From assembly GCA_036172245.1 (NCBI GenBank), contig JAYWIR010000020.1, positions 3,224,001 to 3,288,000 of the forward strand: a stretch of 64,000 nucleotides of DNA, in the 5' to 3' direction. Origin of the DNA: Raillietiella orientalis (lineage: Eukaryota). The stretch's first letter is position 1. Every line of letters begins with the position of its first letter. Positions 53,951-64,000 of the stretch are shown here, one piece after another. The notes under the pieces were generated by a model. That model did not search any database, had not been told where the DNA came from, and saw only the letters and a program-made list of their open reading frames with translations. A program made the translations under genes and the position numbers.

Positions 53951-55749
53951 AGGAAGCCTCTTGGAATTTCACTCGAGTTTTGTGTTGCAGTTCCTCCTAA
54001 GCATAATCAACAAAGCACCTCTCACTGATCTCGAAATGGAAACTGCACTGCAAAGTTATGTACAAACGTATGTACATTTCGTGACATGAACAGTATTTGA
54101 TTCATCCTTTAGTTATTTAATAGAAAATGTATTAAAATAAATAAAAGAAATGGGATCAAGTGGCTAAAAAAAAGTGGAGTAACACACAAAATAAAGTGAA
54201 GTACAATGAAAAAATATATATATATACATATATTGATTCCTCTTCTTTTGTTTCATGCTACATAGTCAGCTACATCGACAAGGTTACCGATCGCTATGGG
54301 TCGGAGAAGTCCTGCTGCACACGATTCCCACTCGCCATTGAACAAAGGGAGCGCAGCAATTTCAGGATATTCGAGTCCGCAGCTCAGTAAAATTCCAAGC
54401 AAAAGTTTGGAAGTTTTGTTCTCTTGGAATGGTTTCTCACATTTCCGATTGACTTACTTTTCAATACCTACCTTTTTTCTTTTTCTTTTTTCCATTTACA
54501 AATCCCCAGTTTGAAAATACGTGCTGAAAAGTATCGGTTGTAAACCTTCAACGAGACAATGAAAATCGCTTTAGATCACAATATCATCACAAAACACTTG
54601 TGGAATGTTTCTTGATCTTTACTTGCTGTACACCTCGCATGGATCCACACGATACATCCTTTATAAAAAAGTAAAAGTAAAATTATATGGGGGATGTTGA
54701 TGGGTACAGAAAATGATTTCCCGTTTCACCTGGTTATAACCTCCTTTCACCTGGTTTTTCATCGATAATAATTCAATTTTCGTACACACAGCAAGGTTTC
54801 AAAGGAAACATAGCAAACTAAGCGAGATTTTTCATCACAGTAATTCGTCGCTGAAGTGAACTGCAAACTAAACCTATTATGTCATGCATGCGTACCTCCT
54901 CCCTGAACAACTAGTCATCAGAGATTGCATAAGAGTAAACCTGGTTTTTCACGAAGACTACACTCTGAAAATCCCATGAAGCTTCCTTTTTTTTAAAAAA
55001 AAAAGAAAAAAAAAATGGATTCTGTAACAAGTTGGAACTCCGGAATTCTTCTGATGTTGCAAAAATTATTCAAAGTTATAAATCAAAAATACATGAGATG
55101 CTTTTCCCTTTTTGGGGGATGACATGGCTAAAATTTGACACCGCAATGTGTTTGTAATAAAGGTAGTAATAGAGGTACGGTGTTAGTGTTGGATAATTCG
55201 ATTAATCGTCATTTACTTCAATTTAGTTCATACAATATTTTAGATCAAAGCAAAATTTATGAACACTACTGAACAGACGTACTTGTGAGAGTGCAAACTG
55301 GTGATAGTAAGAGGAAAGGATTTTTTTTTTTTTTTTTTTTGGGGGGGGGGGGACTTAAAAGATAACGGGGTATAAAAAGATAACGGTTTTGGAAATATTC
55401 CACCTACAACTTTCCAATTACGAAAGTTGTATTTATCAGAAAGGAGAATTCACTTGATACATAAGCATTCGTGCCTCGCTGGAGCAGGGTCCTATTTCTT
55501 CTTCTTTTTTTACTGCCTTTATTGAATCTCTCTCTTTATCTTTTTTTTCTAGATTGCACACTTTCGGGAAAGCATTCGACGAAAACGAACTTGGCACAAC
55601 GCGCCAAGCCCAGCATCCACTGCTTAGCATCACCACGAAAACTCTGGGTCACCCGAAACACGCCAAGGGGACGACGGTCGGGTGACATTAAATCCGATGT
55701 AATGCAACATTCGAAACTGATGTGACCAGGACCGAGGCGGATGCAGGAC

Positions 55750-56140
55750 AGACTCGCAGAGAAATGAAACCGCGGTGAGGTTTCCCGACCATGCACCGCG
55801 ACCGAAGTCGTTTTGACCTCTACGACGAATGGACCGGCTTGCATCTTGCATCGACCTCCTATGCAGGTAACACTTCACCCGGGGATCTCAGGTAGAGTCC
55901 TTTCCCCTATGGCAGATGCATTCTGCTTCGATTCTCGCAACCCACGTGACCGTACATTCACGAGAAGCAGCTCACCCAGGGAACGGTGGTCTTGGCAAGA
56001 AATAACGAACAAACACGAGAACCTTCACCGGATAAAACCACTGTGGGAGATTTTCATCTTGCTGCAAGTCTGCTCGAGAAATGTACTACAGACCCGCCAT
56101 TCTGTACGCAACGTATGCCAATTTCCTCGATGAAAATTTG
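55750..56140 (+). mobile_element. Possible decayed piggyBac-type transposase fragment
   Basis: RCI[fs]CFDSRNPRDR resembles RCLRFDD..R, LHRIKPLWEIF resembles L.KIRPL.E.F, and FLDENL resembles IDEQL, in the expected order. No TIRs seen. Confidence 0.35.
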
Positions 56141-58877
56141 CAACAGCCAGTTTTTTTGTTTTTTTTTTTAACATTTAGTTCTTTCTTAAGGCTGTAGTGA
56201 GTGCCTTCTAATTTTCACGGAACCAACTAGTGGATCTCGAATCTTACTCGAGTTTTCGGTGTTGGGAACCACTCAATGGCAAATGGATAAAACACAAACG
56301 AATTTCTCCTGTTAAACAATTGTTTACATTCATAAAACATGAAACAAAATTACAGTGAGGATGAAAAAGAATACGGGTTCTAAATAAAATCTTAGCAATC
56401 ACCTATGTCTCAATTGGAGTTATTTACAACAATCCCAATCGAGAAAATACTACTCTTTTTTGGGAAAAAGTAATCAACCCCATACTCTGAAAACATAATG
56501 AATACATTTCTTTGCATTTGCACTTTCAAATAAATTGTTTCAAAAAACTATCACAAAATTACGCATTTTTGTTTATTATCATACATACAGTCTTCAATTA
56601 AGTGAATTGACTGCAACAACATGCAAACCTTAACATGCTGCGTTTCACCATGAATGTGATTACTAAACACTTTCCAAGTAATTCAACATTATGTAAGATG
56701 GAGATGCTGATTCAAATGATCCTAAAATGCAGCAACAGCCTTATTTTGTCCTTACATTTTGTCTTCCTTATAAAACATCACTCTTGATGAATCAGCCCTT
56801 AGAGCTATGATTTCCAAACAAGAAGCACCACACAAAATCATCCAGCCTCAAATTATAATATCACCAAAAATTCCTTTCAAACACTTCATGCTTATTCATC
56901 CCAATCTGAGGTGAGACCTTAGTTCTTACAACCCTTAGAAAAGAAAACCTAAGGTGCCAGGCTCAAATATTTGGAATCTATGGAAGACCAAATATTAATT
57001 CTAAACATATCGAAACAAAAATTTAAGAATCAAACAATGAATCTCCTTTAAAATATGTGTCAGATGAATGACATGGCACTGCAAAACAATTGTTGCTTGA
57101 CTTCTGTCTCCCTAACACAAATAAAGCTCAGATGTTGAAGAATTCTTGTAGCATGTGAGAATATATTTTTTTTAAAAAAATAAATGTTGCTTTCAGGCAA
57201 ATACCGATAAAGGAAACAGAAGCATATCCTTGTTAACAAACTGCTTATTTAATTACATTCAATAAATCATAAGCTCAAATTTTCCAACCTCTGAAAAGCA
57301 GCATCCAATATTTTCCTTAGTGTTCTGTCAGAATTCATTACTTTTGAGTTCATGGCCCTCCCAGTTACATTAACTGGCTTTCATGGAGTGAAAAATTTCT
57401 TTCTCTTTGAAACAAAACTTAGCATCAGTAAATCTTCATTTTGGTACCAGGAACACCAGGAAAAAAAATGCCAAAATCTCAAGTACCCTTTTACTGTATC
57501 TGAAGCTTCATGTACCTATCAAAAAAAAAAGAAACAATAAAAATATGTGCAAAGCTTTCGAATAAACAATTATTGCATTGTAGTCACTTGGGATTAAAAC
57601 TGAGTAAAAGTGAAAAATGGCAATCAAAGCACATAACTGATATAACTTATTTATCAACCCATTTAGGTGCAAGCAAACAAAAATAAAAACTAAAAACAAG
57701 CAAATTCATTCAAACTTGTGCAGCAATGAAAACATGAATTACATTACAACATCTGGGCCAAGTTCGAACAGCCATAACATTATGGATGAAATAATCTTAA
57801 AAGCAAAAAACAAAAGAATGCCTTATTACTCTTCCCCAAAATGTTCTCGATCTACTGAGGCACCAAAGTTACCTCACAACTCTCTTTACACCTCATCCTC
57901 AATCTTTTCACCGTGTGCATTACAACGACTACTGAAATAAATGAACACAGTCCCAAGGTTTCCTTGGGAGGATGGGGTGTTTGGGTAAGACGAAATAGTT
58001 GCGAGCATACTGGATAAATCTTGACTTACATTAACACAAACATTCCCCCATACGTACACTGACAATGAAATTAAATGCTGGATTGAAACAAAACTAATTA
58101 AATATAATGTAAAAGAAAACTTTCACTGCACAATTTTTCGTAAACATCAGTATCGATCCTTTGTAACAGTTTGGGTGTAATACATATGGAAAACTAAAAC
58201 GAGATGTCACATATATTTTTTTAATTTAACAATATTACATAATGGATACATTTGAAATTCTAAAATATCCCTCAAATAAACAAAAGTGATACTTTGAATA
58301 CCAATATTAGTTACCGATTTGGTTAACATACAATGGCTCGTTCAAATCTTTGTGCTTCTTCACTTAAATGATTCGACCATAAACTAATATAAATATTCAA
58401 TCAGAAAGAAAATAAAGCATAGAATTCAATAAAACATATATTCTAGTTCATTACAAATCCAAAAACGTTCCATTTACTTGCACAAATCCGGAAATATAGT
58501 GAAAAATGTAAGATGAGACATCACACGAAAAACATGCAACTCGAAAAAAAATGTCCTTTTCACATAAACGTACAAACCTTTCGAATCAAAAATATGTAAT
58601 AATATGACAAAAAATATGTGATTAACTGATTGCAAACAAAAAAATGGCACAAATTTGTCTCTTATGTTGAAAAAAAAATAAAACATTGAAGGAAGAAACA
58701 CAAACTCACAGAAATCTTTCACCAGGAACCCGTCAGCTGAGATACCGTGTTTACTGTTTTCGATAAGGTCGGCGTATCGAATACTTAGTATGACTCTTAA
58801 CGAATCCTAGCGTCATTTTATGTAATATTTCGCTGGAAGCTTGTGATTCGTGAAAGGTTTTCCAAACCTGTTAAAAT

Positions 58878-59453
58878 ATGAGCGAGACAACAAATCCTTC
58901 CGCCAAAGCACCCAAATCGGCAAGACCAAAAAAGCCCAAGAAAGCTGCTAATCATCCCAAGTATGGAGAAATGATAATCGCAGCTTTGAATGCATTGAAA
59001 GAGCGTGGTGGATCATCGAGGCAGAAGATTCTCAAATACGTAATGGTGCATTATGATGTTGGAAAGGACTCTAAAGCTGTTAATACACACCTTAAACTTG
59101 CATTGAAAAGAGGTGTAACCTTAGGCATTCTAAAACATCCAAAAGGGTCAGGAGCATCCGGTTCTTTTAGATTAGCAAGTGCTGCACCTATCGAGGAAGT
59201 GAAACCGAAGAAGGAAAAACCTACAAAACCCAAAAGTGTGACTGTGAAAAAAGTTACGGTTACGCCAAAGAAGCCAAAGGCCAAGAAGCCAGCCATAAAA
59301 AGTAAGGCCACAACTAAGAAAACTAAGGCACCAAAGAAAGCAGTCCCAACAAAAGCCCCCAAATTGAAGACGCCAACAAAAGTGAAGAAATCCAAAGCAG
59401 CAGCTCCCAAGCAGAAAAAAAGCAAAAGTGCGAAGAAGCCCACAAAAAAGTAA
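58878..59453 (+). CDS. H1: Linker histone H1 (H1.0/H1-delta-like replacement type), 191 aa, intronless
   Basis: Globular domain HPKYGEMIIAALNALKERGGSSRQKILKYV..HLKLALKRGV..KGSGASGSFRL and a K/A/P-rich tail. Isolated gene with no histone stem-loop; AATAAA at 59592 and 59596; H1-box-like AAACACA at 58696-58702. Confidence 0.97.
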   Translation: MSETTNPSAKAPKSARPKKPKKAANHPKYGEMIIAALNALKERGGSSRQKILKYVMVHYDVGKDSKAVNTHLKLALKRGVTLGILKHPKGSGASGSFRLASAAPIEEVKPKKEKPTKPKSVTVKKVTVTPKKPKAKKPAIKSKATTKKTKAPKKAVPTKAPKLKTPTKVKKSKAAAPKQKKSKSAKKPTKK

Positions 59454-59657
59454 AAGTGTAAAAAAAACTACGAAAAAAAAGTGGAATCAGTGGATCTTAC
59501 AGTGAAATTTAATCTGATTGACTCCATACATGTATGCATACAGATAAGGATATCGAGTTTATTTAAATGAACTGTACTCAGTGTTTATATAAATAAATAA
59601 AATTAAAAATTGAAATTGTCATTTCATTGATTCTGATAAACAAATAGTAACTGGCTA

Positions 59658-63285
<3,628 letters not shown>

Positions 63286-64000
63286 ATTGAAAGACGTTTG
63301 GACGAAAGCGATTTACACTCCGCTCTTACGGTGTCCACAAAGCACTTCATATATGCTGTAAGCTTTACAAAATATATTACCACCGTAGCGCAATAATCTG
63401 TATGATACTCTGTTCTCGTTTTTAAATCTTTGAATGACAGAACTCATATGCATATATTTTTTGAAAAAAATTGGTTTATTTTGTTTCCTGAGTAAAGGGC
63501 AGCAGAATTTTCGATGGAGATATTGATTTTAACTCTTTTTCTTTCTTTCTGTTTTTTTTTGGAGGGGAGGGGGGGGGCGGAAACTATAAAGTTACGTCGC
63601 ATAGATCAAATCTGAGTATGTAAATATTAATATAATATATTTCACAAGACTACATCAATACAGTCAGGGGAAATTGTTTTTCGTTTGTTTCGATTTTTTC
63701 TTTGCTCATATTCATTGTAATCCTGATTGGATAATCTTGAATTTCACGATCATGGTTATAGTCCGTTATTTTTCAAATTTCTTACTTAATTACGATATTT
63801 ACTTGATTAATTGAATGCTTTCTTTTGAAATTTGGAAATCTTTATGCTTTATTACATTACAAAAAAGTAATAAATGCACGATTGCAATTTTAGATATGAT
63901 TTCTGCACTCTCATAAGTGGAATGGATTTAAACAAATGAATACCGTTAAAAGTTCAACAAAGTTCTGCACCCATTTATCTTTTATTTTTAACTCTTTAAA

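Noticed and set aside
59051..59443. 130-aa hydrophobic ORF on the minus strand
   Set aside because: Antisense shadow of the Lys-rich histone H1 codons.

Overview
Eukaryotic nuclear DNA from an invertebrate animal, most likely an arthropod or other ecdysozoan. Compact AT-rich housekeeping genes with very short introns (37-50 nt) alternate with graveyards of decayed retroelements. Genes reconstructed by hand from splice sites and family motifs are PGAP2 (+, one GC-AG intron), LUC7L3 (+), RINT1 (-, one U12-type intron), a 67-aa C2H2 zinc-finger mini-gene (-), PKMYT1 (+), a polyadenylated-type histone H1 (+) and SEC14L1/retm (-). The regions 1-10 kb, 16-26 kb and 46-57 kb hold remnants of RLE-type (NeSL/Utopia-like) and L1/Tx1-like non-LTR elements, a possible piggyBac relic, and an intronless GC-rich GT92 glycosyltransferase pseudogene. 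The strongest lead is the one long LUC7L3 intron. It carries a cluster of candidate premature-stop (poison) micro-exons, including a 26/27-nt duplicated module and a 17-nt exon whose acceptor pairs with its own stop codon, suggesting a multi-cassette autoregulatory switch. The second lead is the zinc-finger mini-gene, whose frame stays open across three more predicted exons after an in-frame TGA. Family names come from motif recognition, not database searches; TE boundaries are approximate.
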